From the NCBI GenBank assembly GCA_041665485.1, contig JBAYIT010000005.1, forward strand, positions 1,974-65,973: a stretch of 64,000 nt of DNA, given 5' to 3'. This stretch comes from Candidatus Shapirobacteria bacterium (lineage in GTDB: Bacteria; Patescibacteriota; Microgenomatia; UBA12405). The notes under the pieces were generated by a model. That model saw only the letters and a list, made by a program, of their open reading frames with translations, was not told the origin of the DNA and did not search any database. Shown here piece by piece: positions 8,837-18,936 of the stretch (position 1 is its first letter; every line of letters begins with the position of its first letter). A program made the position numbers and the translations under genes.

Positions 8837-9604
8837 CTAATGTTGAAGTTTTCGATACTCCTCAAACAAGTATTTTATTTCGGGTAGAGCGTAATTCATT
8901 CTTTTTTCCAGTTCCATTGGATCACTCTCCTTTTCGATTTTATACTGTTGAGGATCTTTATCAAAAACAAACGGATCTTCCCAAGATAACCAATCGACCT
9001 CTTTTGTTGATGTTCTATCTCTAAAATAGAAAGCAAGTTGTGAAAGCACCACTAAATCGTGAGCATTGAGGCTGGGAATGGCATCGCCTAATTGTTTGGC
9101 AGTAAGGGCTAAATGACACCAGGTAAAATCTAATGTTTTACCGAACAAAATTCTTCCAGCCTCTGTGACCATTGATTCAACCATGTGGTAATTTTTTGGG
9201 TGAGTTGCCCAGGCTTTTGGAGATCTAAGAAAAAGAGTTGGGGTGTTTTTTGGGCCAATACTATTAATGTCCTGAAAAAAGGCTTGCTTATAGTTTAACA
9301 AGGTGAAGATTGTTCTGTCTGAATAACAAAGATGCAATATTTGATCAGGCTCAGATTGCTTTACGGCGTTTTTGTATCCAGCAACGAGATGATCCCCAAC
9401 AAATGAGTCGTCTGAATTCGTATTGACCAAAAAGAAATCATCATGCTGGAAAAAATTAATTGATTCCGGATTAGAAATTACTGTTTTTGGCGTAACACTG
9501 ACGAAAGCCTTATCAAAGTTCTGCTTCAAAATAGGTAGTATTTGTTTCAGTAACTTTGTTTCGATATTGTTGGGATCGTGAAACGGGAAAACTAACGATG
9601 ACAT
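8837..9604 (-). CDS. hypothetical protein
   Basis: 255 aa ORF in the accessory island; no motif I can assign. Confidence 0.4.
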   Translation of the reverse strand: MSSLVFPFHDPNNIETKLLKQILPILKQNFDKAFVSVTPKTVISNPESINFFQHDDFFLVNTNSDDSFVGDHLVAGYKNAVKQSEPDQILHLCYSDRTIFTLLNYKQAFFQDINSIGPKNTPTLFLRSPKAWATHPKNYHMVESMVTEAGRILFGKTLDFTWCHLALTAKQLGDAIPSLNAHDLVVLSQLAFYFRDRTSTKEVDWLSWEDPFVFDKDPQQYKIEKESDPMELEKRMNYALPEIKYLFEEYRKLQH

Positions 9605-9684
9605 TGAATTATAGTAACATGTACGAGTTTACAAACGAAACATGTTGGTTGAGACGAAAATTAGGACAATAAAGTTATAACCAG

Positions 9685-10155
9685 TTATAACTTTTCCTGA
9701 AGATACTCCTGAAACAACTTTTTTGTGGCCGAATAAAGTGGCATTGAAGCAATTTGTTCTACAGAAAACCATTTTGCGTCTTTAATTTCGTCTTTGTTTA
9801 TTTTGATTTTTTCTTCTAAAATTTCACACTGCCAAAAAGAAAGCATGACATTCGGTATATCGGCCGGTAATTTGACAATTAATTTAACCGGTACAACCTG
9901 AAGATTAAGCTCCTCGAGAAATTCTCTTTTTATTGCTTCCTGCTCTGTTTCACCTTCATTAACACCTCCACCAGGAGGGTAATATTTGTCGGTATAATTA
10001 TCGTTATCGGAGTTTGGTTTTATAAATAAGTATTCCCTTTTCTGTTTATCATTTACCCTTGACACAATTCCTATTACAGCCTGTTTCATCTTTTTAATCA
10101 TAGCACTACCCTCTTTATGTACGAACGAATGAAAGCTTGAAAACGCTTGACTCAA
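9685..10155 (-). CDS. NUDIX hydrolase (likely start at internal Met near 10101)
   Basis: Nudix box GGGVNEGETEQEAIKREFLEELNL (Gx5Ex7REuxEExGu). Confidence 0.8.
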   Translation of the reverse strand: MSQAFSSFHSFVHKEGSAMIKKMKQAVIGIVSRVNDKQKREYLFIKPNSDNDNYTDKYYPPGGGVNEGETEQEAIKREFLEELNLQVVPVKLIVKLPADIPNVMLSFWQCEILEEKIKINKDEIKDAKWFSVEQIASMPLYSATKKLFQEYLQEKL

Positions 10156-10487
10156 AGAAGAGGCCCTCTATATTTACCATCCACATCAAAGTCTTGGCTT
10201 GGAGGAATAGGTTTGTTGCCCTGACAATTTCGTCTTCGACAAAACGGATTGTCATTACCGACAGGACCCAGGCTACCCGCTTTGAATCGAACATAGAAAG
10301 ATGATAGTAAGTCATTCCGATTCATAAGTTTAGACTCAGCGCGATCTACAATTACGGCACAATGATTACATTGAGATCCATCTTCGGGTGGATCAATGAC
10401 AATTACACCAGTGAAGCCATTTCCAATTACCTCCCTGCCAAGTATTTTCATATAACCTATAATAACACGAAGTAGGAGGTTTGTCAA
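10152..10487 (-). CDS. hypothetical protein (Cys-containing, 111 aa)
   Basis: ORF only; the CNHC ... CRRRNC pattern is the only feature. Confidence 0.25.
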   Translation of the reverse strand: MTNLLLRVIIGYMKILGREVIGNGFTGVIVIDPPEDGSQCNHCAVIVDRAESKLMNRNDLLSSFYVRFKAGSLGPVGNDNPFCRRRNCQGNKPIPPSQDFDVDGKYRGPLL

Positions 10488-10573
10488 ATATAGGCTGGGT
10501 GTTTATTTCTATATCGAAGTGGGGAGTTGGGTGAGGAAAGATAAATCGTAATTCGTGATCGGTAAACCGTGAA

Positions 10574-10598
10574 CCGTAAAAAACCGCTTAAGGGGTTT
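10574..10598 (-). terminator. terminator candidate downstream of rpsG (end of the rpoB-rpoC-rpsL-rpsG unit)
   Basis: Imperfect hairpin aaaccgcttaaggggttt; the minus strand then reads UUUUUU (rc of the A-run at 10577-10583). Confidence 0.35.
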
Positions 10599-10612
10599 GT
10601 GCTGATTCCGAC

Positions 10613-10654
10613 GAGATTGCCACGTCGCTTTTGTAACTGCTCCTCGCAATGACG
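10613..10654. repeat. REP-like palindromic dispersed repeat, copy a
   Basis: gagattgcCAcg ... cctcgcaatgacg: conserved 5' GAGATTGC(T/C)(T/A)CG and 3' CCTCGCAATGACG ends with a variable middle. Confidence 0.6.
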
Positions 10655-10684
10655 TTGTTTTTATTAGGCTGGATTGGTCGAAAC

Positions 10685-10730
10685 GAGATTGCTTCGTCTC
10701 CCGATAGCTATCGGGATCCTCGCAATGACG
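10685..10730. repeat. REP-like palindromic dispersed repeat, copy b (contains the perfect palindrome tcccgatagctatcggga)
   Basis: gagattgcttcg-tctcccgatagctatcgggat-cctcgcaatgacg. Confidence 0.65.
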
Positions 10731-10775
10731 TATTTAGAGGCAATGACCCTTCGACAGGCTCAGGGTAAACTACAA

Positions 10776-11258
10776 TTACCAACGTAAATGGGCGAAGGCT
10801 TTGTTGGCGTCGGCCATTCTTTCGATTTCGGCTCTTTTGGCAACAGAGGTGCCTTCGCTTTTGAGGGCGAGGGTGAGCTCGTTGGCCAATTTCAGACCAA
10901 ATGAGTGGAACTGTTTGTTTGGAAGTTTACGGGAATTGGCAATTAACCACCTGACGGCTAGGGAATCCTGACGATGACGACGGACGGGGGTGGGAACCTG
11001 GTAAACGGCACCACCAATGCGACGGGGGCGGACTTCAATTTTGGGACGGATGTTTTCTAGAGCTTGATCGACCAGAGTGGCGACTTCATCTTTGGGATTT
11101 TCTTTTTTTAAAATCTCTAAAGCTTGATAAACCTGCTTTTGGGCAGAAATTTTCTTACCGCCAATAAGGGAAGCGTTGATGATTTTTTGAACCAAAACAC
11201 TCTGATAGATGGGATCGGGGGTGATTTCCCGGGGTTTGATTGGACCTTTGCGTGACAT
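10776..11258 (-). CDS. rpsG: 30S ribosomal protein S7
   Basis: 160 aa; ends ...AEIERMADANKAFAHLRW, the S7 C-terminal signature. Confidence 0.95.
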   Translation of the reverse strand: MSRKGPIKPREITPDPIYQSVLVQKIINASLIGGKKISAQKQVYQALEILKKENPKDEVATLVDQALENIRPKIEVRPRRIGGAVYQVPTPVRRHRQDSLAVRWLIANSRKLPNKQFHSFGLKLANELTLALKSEGTSVAKRAEIERMADANKAFAHLRW

Positions 11259-11263
11259 ATATA

Positions 11264-11343
11264 AGTTATAAAGTTATAAAGTTTGAAAGTTATAAAGTTT
11301 GATAGTTATAAAGTTATAAAGTTTGAAAGTTATAAAGTTTGGA
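11264..11343. repeat. tandem array of ten 8-bp units AGTT(A/T)(T/G)AA (two copies of a 40-bp higher-order unit) in the rpsL-rpsG spacer
   Basis: agttataa agttataa agtttgaa agttataa agtttgat | agttataa agttataa agtttgaa agttataa agtttgga. Occupies almost the whole intergenic region directly before the rpsG ATG. Confidence 0.85.
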
Positions 11344-11346
11344 GGT

Positions 11347-11769
11347 TTATTTGGTGGCGGGGGCGGGGCGTTTGGCACCGTATTTGCTGCGGGACTGAAG
11401 GCGACCGACAACAGCACCGGCATCATATTTGCCACGAACAACATGATAACGAACACCTGGAAGGTCGCGGACACGACCGCCACGGACAGAAACGATGCCG
11501 TGCTCGGCCAGGTTGTGACCAACACCGGGGATATAAGCGGTGACCAGAGCATGATTGCTCAATCTGACTTTAGCGACTTTACGCAAAGCCGAATGGGGCT
11601 TTTTGGGAGTCATGGTTTTAACAACAGTGACAACGCCCTTTTTGGTGGGGTTGATGGTGTTGCTTAACTGGTTTTTAATGGAGTTGAAATTACGGCGAAG
11701 AGCGGCAGTTCTCTGCTTCTCGGTTCTGTCGCGACGACCTTTTTTGATGAGTTGATTGAATGTTGGCAT
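11347..11769 (-). CDS. rpsL: 30S ribosomal protein S12
   Basis: [13 protein letters not shown] ... [18 protein letters not shown] ... [19 protein letters not shown]. Confidence 0.95.
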   Translation of the reverse strand: MPTFNQLIKKGRRDRTEKQRTAALRRNFNSIKNQLSNTINPTKKGVVTVVKTMTPKKPHSALRKVAKVRLSNHALVTAYIPGVGHNLAEHGIVSVRGGRVRDLPGVRYHVVRGKYDAGAVVGRLQSRSKYGAKRPAPATK

Positions 11770-11780
11770 AATTGAAGCAG

Positions 11781-14700
11781 TTAAAATTTAGCTGCCGGTA
11801 TTAAACGTCCGATAATAACATTTTCCTTAAGACCGATCAAGTTGTCGACCTCGGCCAGAAGTGAGGCTTCGGTGAGAACACTGGTGGTTTGCTGGAAAGA
11901 TGAGGCAGAAAGCCAAGAACCAGTTGATAAGGCCGATTGAATCAAACCAAGAAGAACCCGCTTGCCGGTGGCTAATTTGGCGGTTTTGTTGGCGAATTTA
12001 GCTTTTTCATTTTCATCAACAAAAACGGCTCGGGTGATGGTTTGACCATAGAGGAAGTTGGTGTCGCCTGGGTCTTCAATTTTGATCTTATCGCTCATTT
12101 CCTTGACGATAACTTCAAAGTGCTTATCGTGAATGGCGATGCCCTGGGATTCGTAAACACCCTGAATGCTATTGATAAGATACCTTTGAGAGGCTTCGAT
12201 ACCTTTGACCTCCATGACTTCCCGAACATCGAGAGAGCCGGAGCAAAGCTGGGTGCCGGCGGCGATGAGATCACCATCAGCAACTAGCAAGGAAACATTT
12301 GAAGGCAAGAGATAGGTGACAACTTTGGCTTTTTGGTTTTGATCTTTACCACTAAGTTTGACTTCAAAGCCATCAAGAGTTTCCTTAACTTTGACCTTAC
12401 CGCTGATTTCGGCCAGAGGTGAAGGAATTTTTGGAGTTCTGACTTCAAAAAGCTCCTGAACACGGGGCAAACCTTGGGTAACGTCGATACCAAGAACACC
12501 ACCGGTGTGCTTAGTTCGGAGAGTAAGCTGGGTGCCCGGCTCACCGATAGATTGAGCGCCGATGACACCGACGGGGACACCCATATCAACCAGTTTACGA
12601 GTGGAAAGATCCCAACCATAGCACTTTTGACAAATGCCGGTTTTGGAGTCGCAGGTAAGAGGCGAGAAGACGTCGACGGAATCGACACCACAAGAATCAA
12701 TTTGAGAAACGAGCTGATTATCTAAGAGAGTGCCCTTAGTAACAATGACTTTTTTGGTGGTAGGATCGATACAATCGGAAGCAATATAGCGACCCAAAAT
12801 CCGACGGGCAAAGTAGCGCTCGCGGTTTTTGTCGTTACGATTAATAGTAATAAACTGGCTAGTGCCACAATCAGCCTCGCGAATAAGGGAGGTGTGAACG
12901 GCGTCGACCAAACGGCGGGTAAGATAACCGGCATCGGCAGTTCTAAGAGCAGTGTCGGCTAAACCTTTACGAGTACCCCGGGCGCCGGTGACGTATTCAA
13001 AAACGGATAAGCCTTCGCGGAAGTTGGATTTAGTGGGCAGGGGAACAATTTTACCGGTGGGATCGACCATAAGACCTCTCATACCGGAGAGCTGTTTGAT
13101 TTGGTCTTTGGAAGCCCGCTTGATACCGGCGGCAGAAACAATTTTGATGGGAGAATCAGGAGAAAGAGTGTCCCAAGTTTTTTCGGCGATAACTTCGGTG
13201 TAATCCATCCAAATGGCCTGACTTAGACGTTTTTTCTCTTCCTGGCTAATAAGACCATTTTTAAAGTTGTCTTCAACCTGAGAAACTTTAGCATTGGCTT
13301 CGGAAATTAATTTTTCTTTGCCGGGAAGATAGCCACAATCAATCATTGATAATGACAAACCGGAAAGAGTGAAACCGAGGAAACCAATGTCTTTAAGATG
13401 GTCAATAAGCCTGGCGGTTTTGACTCGACCTAAAGTTTCAAGAGTTCTGACAACCAGGTCACTAATCGATTTGGAACCAGCCATAGGCTCGTTGACGTAG
13501 CCGAATTCGGAAGGAAGAATGCGATTAAACATGATCCGACCATAGGTGGTTTTGATAAATTGACCTTCAATTTTTAGGACAATAAGCTCTCTTAAACCAA
13601 GTTTACCGGATTGGTAGGCTAAATCAGCTTCAGCCCGACTACCCAAGATGGGGAGAGTGGCAAAACCGGGCGACTGCTCTTTGGCAAGATCTTCCTCGCG
13701 GACGGAAGTGATGTAATAACAACCGACGGCCATTTCTTGGGAAGGAACGGAGATGGGGTTGCCATCAGCCGGCTTGAGCAAGTTTCGGGAAGGCAACATG
13801 AGAAGTTTGGCCTCTTTTTGGGAATTAACCGAAAGGGGCAAGTGGACACCCATTTGGTCGCCATCGAAATCGGCATTGAAAGCTTTACAAATACAGGGAT
13901 GAAGACGAATGGCGAAACCATCGACCAAAACTGGCTTGAAGGCCTGAATGGAAAGCTTATGGAGAGTTGGGGCACGGTTGAGAAGAACGTAGGTGTTTTT
14001 GGTTATTTTTTCGAGAATGTCGTAGACCTCGTTGACCCGATGATCGATGAGGTTTTTAGCGCTTTTGATGTTGGGGGCCAAACCGGAAATCATCAGTTCA
14101 CGGAGAACGAAGGGGCGGTACATTTCCAGGGCAATTTCCTTGGGAAGACCGACCTGATTTAATTTAAGTTCGGGACCGACGACAATGACGGAACGACCGG
14201 AGTAATCGACGCGCTTACCGAGAAGGTTACGACGGAAACGACCCTTTTTACCACGAAGCAAATCAGACAGAGAGCGAGGGGTACGCTTGGTGGTTTTTCT
14301 CTTATTTTTGGCTGATTTTTGGGAGTCAATTAGAGCATCAACTGATTCCTGAAGCATTCTTTTTTCATTTCTAAGAATGATCTCGGGAGCATTGAGCTTG
14401 AGAAGTTTTTTCAACCGATTGTTGCGGTTAATTAAACGACGATAAAGGTCATTAAGGTCGGAGGTGGCAAAACGACCGCCGGTTAGTTGGACCATTGGAC
14501 GGAGATCTGGCGGAACGACTGGGACATTTTCCAAGATCATCCAAGAAGGAGAAATGCTGTTGGCGATCATGCCATTGAGAATCCTGATTTTGTACATGAT
14601 CTTCTTTTTCTTAAGACGACTGTTGGTTTTGTCGAGTTCTTTTTTGAGATTTTTGACGGTAGCTTCGAGATCTAATTGACCAAGTACCTGAGAAATGGCC

Positions 14701-15536
14701 TCAGCACCCATTCTTGATTCGTAAAAAATATCGGCTTTAAATTGGGAAAGATAAAAACTTTCTTCGTCAGTAATAATAGAGAGAACCTGGATTGACTCGA
14801 TCTTTTCCCTTAGGTATTGAACGAGGCTTTCGATGCGAGTTTTCTCGCTAACAGCCTTGTTTTCCAACTTTTGAATATCCTGCTTCAGTTTGACCTCTCT
14901 TTCTTCAATGGCGATTGAGAGCTGATCTTTGTTTTTGATCTTGGTTTTTAGTTCTTTAAGCTCGGTGGCAGTTTCCAGCTTTTTCTTTTCGGTGGCTGAT
15001 TTAGTTTCGGTGTTGATTTGATCCTGGCGATTTTTAGAATTGACCTCGAGGTTGGTCAAGGCTTCCCGACGCTTGTCCTGATTAACAGAGGTAATAAGAT
15101 ACTTAGTAAAATAGACGACAGATTCCAGCTCTTTTTGAGGAATGTCTAGGATGACACTTAGGGGTGAGGGGGTGTTGCGAAGATACCAGAGATGAGTAAC
15201 GGGGGCAGCGAGGGCGATATGGCCCATTCTTTCCCGCCTGACTTTGGAAGTGGTGACTTCAACACCGCAACGATCACAAACGACGCCCTTAAAACGAATT
15301 TTCTTGTATTTACCACAGTAACATTCATAATCATGGCTCGGTCCAAATATTTTTTCGCAAAAAAGACCATCTTTCTCAGGACGCCAACTACGATAATTGA
15401 TAGTTTCCGGCTTGGTGACTTCTCCGTTTGACCAAGAGAGAATGTCGGCAGGAGAGGCTAATTTAATTCGAAGGCCGCTAAAATCGTTGAGATTTTTGAA
15501 TTTAAACATATGTTTATTCCTGATTTGAGTCATCAA
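11781..15536 (-). CDS. rpoC: DNA-directed RNA polymerase subunit beta'
   Basis: 1251 aa. Catalytic NADFDGDQM motif; N-terminal zinc-binding Cys cluster (YECYCGKYK ... CDRCGVEV). Confidence 0.97.
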   Translation of the reverse strand: MMTQIRNKHMFKFKNLNDFSGLRIKLASPADILSWSNGEVTKPETINYRSWRPEKDGLFCEKIFGPSHDYECYCGKYKKIRFKGVVCDRCGVEVTTSKVRRERMGHIALAAPVTHLWYLRNTPSPLSVILDIPQKELESVVYFTKYLITSVNQDKRREALTNLEVNSKNRQDQINTETKSATEKKKLETATELKELKTKIKNKDQLSIAIEEREVKLKQDIQKLENKAVSEKTRIESLVQYLREKIESIQVLSIITDEESFYLSQFKADIFYESRMGAEAISQVLGQLDLEATVKNLKKELDKTNSRLKKKKIMYKIRILNGMIANSISPSWMILENVPVVPPDLRPMVQLTGGRFATSDLNDLYRRLINRNNRLKKLLKLNAPEIILRNEKRMLQESVDALIDSQKSAKNKRKTTKRTPRSLSDLLRGKKGRFRRNLLGKRVDYSGRSVIVVGPELKLNQVGLPKEIALEMYRPFVLRELMISGLAPNIKSAKNLIDHRVNEVYDILEKITKNTYVLLNRAPTLHKLSIQAFKPVLVDGFAIRLHPCICKAFNADFDGDQMGVHLPLSVNSQKEAKLLMLPSRNLLKPADGNPISVPSQEMAVGCYYITSVREEDLAKEQSPGFATLPILGSRAEADLAYQSGKLGLRELIVLKIEGQFIKTTYGRIMFNRILPSEFGYVNEPMAGSKSISDLVVRTLETLGRVKTARLIDHLKDIGFLGFTLSGLSLSMIDCGYLPGKEKLISEANAKVSQVEDNFKNGLISQEEKKRLSQAIWMDYTEVIAEKTWDTLSPDSPIKIVSAAGIKRASKDQIKQLSGMRGLMVDPTGKIVPLPTKSNFREGLSVFEYVTGARGTRKGLADTALRTADAGYLTRRLVDAVHTSLIREADCGTSQFITINRNDKNRERYFARRILGRYIASDCIDPTTKKVIVTKGTLLDNQLVSQIDSCGVDSVDVFSPLTCDSKTGICQKCYGWDLSTRKLVDMGVPVGVIGAQSIGEPGTQLTLRTKHTGGVLGIDVTQGLPRVQELFEVRTPKIPSPLAEISGKVKVKETLDGFEVKLSGKDQNQKAKVVTYLLPSNVSLLVADGDLIAAGTQLCSGSLDVREVMEVKGIEASQRYLINSIQGVYESQGIAIHDKHFEVIVKEMSDKIKIEDPGDTNFLYGQTITRAVFVDENEKAKFANKTAKLATGKRVLLGLIQSALSTGSWLSASSFQQTTSVLTEASLLAEVDNLIGLKENVIIGRLIPAAKF

Positions 15537-18500
15537 TTATAACTGTTTTTGGTTCTTCGGATGGAGTGGCGGAAGCGTCGACAATAGCCGTTTCTTCTTC
15601 GGTGGACTCGACTGGTTGATTACCGGTACCTACCGGAGAAATCTCGATTGCCAAACCAGCTAATTCCTTGGTCAAAACCTTGAAAGATTCGGGGATGGCT
15701 GGCTCGGGGATGGGTTGACCTTTAATTATGGCTTGGAAAGCTTGGGTTCGGCCTTCAATATCGTCTGATTTGATAGTCAACATTTCCTGGAGAGTGTGGG
15801 CAGCACGATGTGCTTCGAGAGCCCAAACTTCCATTTCACCTAAGCGCTGACCACCCATTCTGGCCTTGCCACCGAGGGGTTGTTGAGTAACCAGAGAGTA
15901 TGGACCGGTGGACCGAGCGTGAACTTTGTCGTCAACCATGTGGACCAACTTGAGGATATAACTGACACCAACCACCGAGGGTTGATCGTATGGCAAACCA
16001 GTTCGACCGTCAAAAAGCTGGGTCTTGCCAGTGGGAGAAATTCCGGCAGACACGGCTTCGGTAGCAATTTTATCTTCGGAATATTTTTCAAAGACAGGGA
16101 CGGCATAATTTTTGCCTAATCTGAAACCAGCAAAACCAAGCATGGTTTCAAGTATCTGCCCTAAGTTCATACGAGCAATAACGGAGAGTGGAGAAATGAC
16201 CAGGTCTACGGGAGTACCGTCGGCAAGACAGGGCATGTCGTATTCTGGCATAATCCGACAAATAACACCCTTGTTTCCATGGCGACCAGCAATTTTGTCG
16301 CCTTCCTGAATTCGACGTAGTTGAGCGACATAGACCTTGACGGTTTTATTGACTCCGGGATCGAGCTCATCATCCTTTTCTTTATCTAAAATATCTACTT
16401 TAATAACAACCCCACCTTCGCCGTTGGGAATTCTTAAAGAGGTATCTTTAACTTCTCTGGCCTTTTCACCAAAAATGGCTCGAAGTAGTCTCTCTTCGGC
16501 AGTTAACTCCTTTTCTCCTCTGGGCTCAACCTTGCCAACCAGAATGTCGTTGGGGCCAACAGTGGCACCGATCATAACAATACCATCCTGTGTCAATTTT
16601 GATAGCTCATTTTCTGAAACTCCTGGTATATCCTTGGTAAGTTCTTCGCTACCAAGTTTTGTTTCAACAATATCTGCCTTATATTCATAGACCTGAATAT
16701 TAGTCAGAACGTCTTCTTTGACCAGCCGACTGGAGATAAGAAAAGAGTCTTCATAACTTAGACCGTCTATTGAAGCATAAGCGACCAAAATATTGCGACC
16801 GATTGCAAGCTCGCCACCAGATGTTGACGGGCCATCGGCGATAAGATCACCAACGGAAATATTTTGACCTAAGTCAACGACAACCCTTTGGTTATAACAC
16901 GTACCATAAGGCGATGTTCGAGCAAACTTAGTTAAAAAGTATGTTTCTGTTTTTTCGTCGTGGCTAACCTGGCTAAAACTAGTCAGTAGTTTATTTTTTG
17001 GTTTTGAATCGAGACTGACGGTTACTTTCTCTGCATCAACATTAATTACTTTACCACCATGATTGGCTAATATTGCTCTACTCATGGATGACGCAACAAC
17101 TGTTTCCATTCCAGTTCCAACAATCGGTGCTTCTGGTGAAACAAGCGGTACGGCCTGTGTTTGCATGTGTGAACCCATTAGTGCCCTAGTGGCATCATCA
17201 TGATCAACAAAGGGAATTAAAGACGCAGAAGATCCAACTATTTGATTTGGAACCAAGTCAATATATTGTGCAAGTTCAACTGGACCTTCGGAGAATTCTC
17301 CCTGATAACGCAGAGGAATCCATTCTTGCTTAATGTTGTTATTTTCGTCAATATTAATACCAAGGTTTGTTATATAAACTCCATATTCATCATCGGCGTC
17401 AAGATAAACAAAATCGTCGGAGATAGAATAGCTTTTCCCTTTTTTCTCTACTTTTCTAAAAGGTGCCTGAATGAAGCCATAGCTGTCTACTTGTGCGTAA
17501 AGAGCCAGGTAAGTTACCAAACCAATATTGGGTCCTTCCGGAGAGCGAACAGTACAGATACGTCCATATTGAGAGCTGTGAACGTCACGAATGGAAAAAG
17601 CAGCTCGTTCACGGGTTAATCCTCCAACACCAATAACAGTGACACGACGAAGAAGGTCTAATTCTGAAAGCGGATTTGTTTGGTCGAGTATTGCAGAAAG
17701 TTGATTACTCCGGAAAAAAGTATTTAGCGAAGAGATTAATGGTTGGGGGTTAATCATTTGAGAGGGGGTTGGTTTTTCCTTTGTGGAAATAAGACTCATT
17801 CTTTCTTTAACCATTCTTTCGAAACGAGACAAAGCGGGGCGGATGGCAATTTGAGAAACAATTTCACCACAACGACGAAGACGACGGTTGGCAAGACTAT
17901 CGATATCGTCAACTCTCTTAACTTCTCCTTTTTGGAGTTGAATGAGGTATTTGATTGTGGCGATTAAATCTTCTTGACGAAGTACCCAGTTTTGTTTATC
18001 ACTATCATTGAGTTTAAAACCAAATTTTTTATTGAATTTGTAGCGACCAACATTGCCCAATTCATAGGTTCTAAGATCAAAAAATCTCTCTTGAAGAAAG
18101 CGGGTAGCGTTTTCTATAACTGCTGGTTCACCAGGACGAAGTTTTCGATAGAACTCGAGAATTGCATCTTCGGTGGTTTTGGCAACATCGGCCTGAAGTG
18201 TGTTGTTGATGTAGTCAGAAAATTCGGAGACCAACTGTTTGTCTGACATTTGGCAAACTGCACGAAGAAGAATAGTGGCCGGAAATTTCTTTTTGCGGTC
18301 GATTCTGGCAAAAACGACATCCTTCTTGCCAACAAAGAATTCAAGCCAAGAACCGCGACTGGGACGAATTTCGGCATTAAAAAGATTTTTACCGGTGGCT
18401 GGGTCGACTTCGGAGGTGAAATAGACACCCGGAGAACGAACAAGCTGGCTAATAACTCCCCTTTCAATACCATTAATAATGAAAGTCCCCTCATCAGTCA

Positions 18501-18834
18501 TGGTTGGCAAATTAAGAAAAAAGACTTCTTCTTCTTTGGTTTGACCGGTTCTTTTGTTTGTAAGTTGGGCGTTTACCCTCACTGGAACGGTAAAATTCAA
18601 ACCTTTTCTTTTGGCGATTTCAGGAGTGATGGTGGGCGGGTCGATGGTAACTTGGCCGAGTTTTAACTCCCAGTTGTTACCGGTGTAGTCAGAAACCGGC
18701 GAAATTGAAGTGATTGTTTGGGAAAGTTCGGTGTCAAGAAATTGCTGCCAGGATTCTTTTTGGATTTTAATTAAATCAAGCTTGGGAAGATTTGGGTATT
18801 TTTTACCCCAGTTAATACGTTTTGCCGATGACAT
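15514..18834 (-). CDS. rpoB: DNA-directed RNA polymerase subunit beta
   Basis: 1106 aa; conserved beta-subunit blocks throughout; overlaps the rpoC start by 23 nt. Confidence 0.97.
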   Translation of the reverse strand: MSSAKRINWGKKYPNLPKLDLIKIQKESWQQFLDTELSQTITSISPVSDYTGNNWELKLGQVTIDPPTITPEIAKRKGLNFTVPVRVNAQLTNKRTGQTKEEEVFFLNLPTMTDEGTFIINGIERGVISQLVRSPGVYFTSEVDPATGKNLFNAEIRPSRGSWLEFFVGKKDVVFARIDRKKKFPATILLRAVCQMSDKQLVSEFSDYINNTLQADVAKTTEDAILEFYRKLRPGEPAVIENATRFLQERFFDLRTYELGNVGRYKFNKKFGFKLNDSDKQNWVLRQEDLIATIKYLIQLQKGEVKRVDDIDSLANRRLRRCGEIVSQIAIRPALSRFERMVKERMSLISTKEKPTPSQMINPQPLISSLNTFFRSNQLSAILDQTNPLSELDLLRRVTVIGVGGLTRERAAFSIRDVHSSQYGRICTVRSPEGPNIGLVTYLALYAQVDSYGFIQAPFRKVEKKGKSYSISDDFVYLDADDEYGVYITNLGINIDENNNIKQEWIPLRYQGEFSEGPVELAQYIDLVPNQIVGSSASLIPFVDHDDATRALMGSHMQTQAVPLVSPEAPIVGTGMETVVASSMSRAILANHGGKVINVDAEKVTVSLDSKPKNKLLTSFSQVSHDEKTETYFLTKFARTSPYGTCYNQRVVVDLGQNISVGDLIADGPSTSGGELAIGRNILVAYASIDGLSYEDSFLISSRLVKEDVLTNIQVYEYKADIVETKLGSEELTKDIPGVSENELSKLTQDGIVMIGATVGPNDILVGKVEPRGEKELTAEERLLRAIFGEKAREVKDTSLRIPNGEGGVVIKVDILDKEKDDELDPGVNKTVKVYVAQLRRIQEGDKIAGRHGNKGVICRIMPEYDMPCLADGTPVDLVISPLSVIARMNLGQILETMLGFAGFRLGKNYAVPVFEKYSEDKIATEAVSAGISPTGKTQLFDGRTGLPYDQPSVVGVSYILKLVHMVDDKVHARSTGPYSLVTQQPLGGKARMGGQRLGEMEVWALEAHRAAHTLQEMLTIKSDDIEGRTQAFQAIIKGQPIPEPAIPESFKVLTKELAGLAIEISPVGTGNQPVESTEEETAIVDASATPSEEPKTVIIDDSNQE

Positions 18835-18898
18835 CTACGGTTTTTGTAAAACAATTAAAGCAGCAAGTTATGTGCCAACGGCTTGCCGAATGTCGTCA

Positions 18899-18927
18899 AT
18901 TATAAACCCCATCTCAAGCAAGAGCAA
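18899..18927 (-). promoter_or_regulatory. sigma70-like promoter candidate for rpoB (-35 TTGCTC, 17-nt spacer, -10 TATAAT)
   Basis: Minus strand reads ttgctc-ttgcttgagatggggtt-tataat; the -10 element lies about 65 nt upstream of the rpoB ATG. Confidence 0.35.
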
Positions 18928-18936
18928 GGGGCAGGT

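Noticed and set aside
10600-10740. REP-like repeats considered as a CRISPR array
   Set aside because: Only two adjacent copies with different lengths, palindromic rather than direct, and the other copies are dispersed singly. No regular repeat-spacer periodicity.
11283-11667. Plus-strand ORFs 11283..11543 and 11323..11667 starting in the octamer repeat (MKVIKF...)
   Set aside because: Antisense to rpsL and initiated inside a tandem repeat; the products are low complexity.
12042-18666. Numerous 60-140 aa ORFs on both strands within rpoC/rpoB
   Set aside because: Embedded in long, well-supported RNA polymerase frames.
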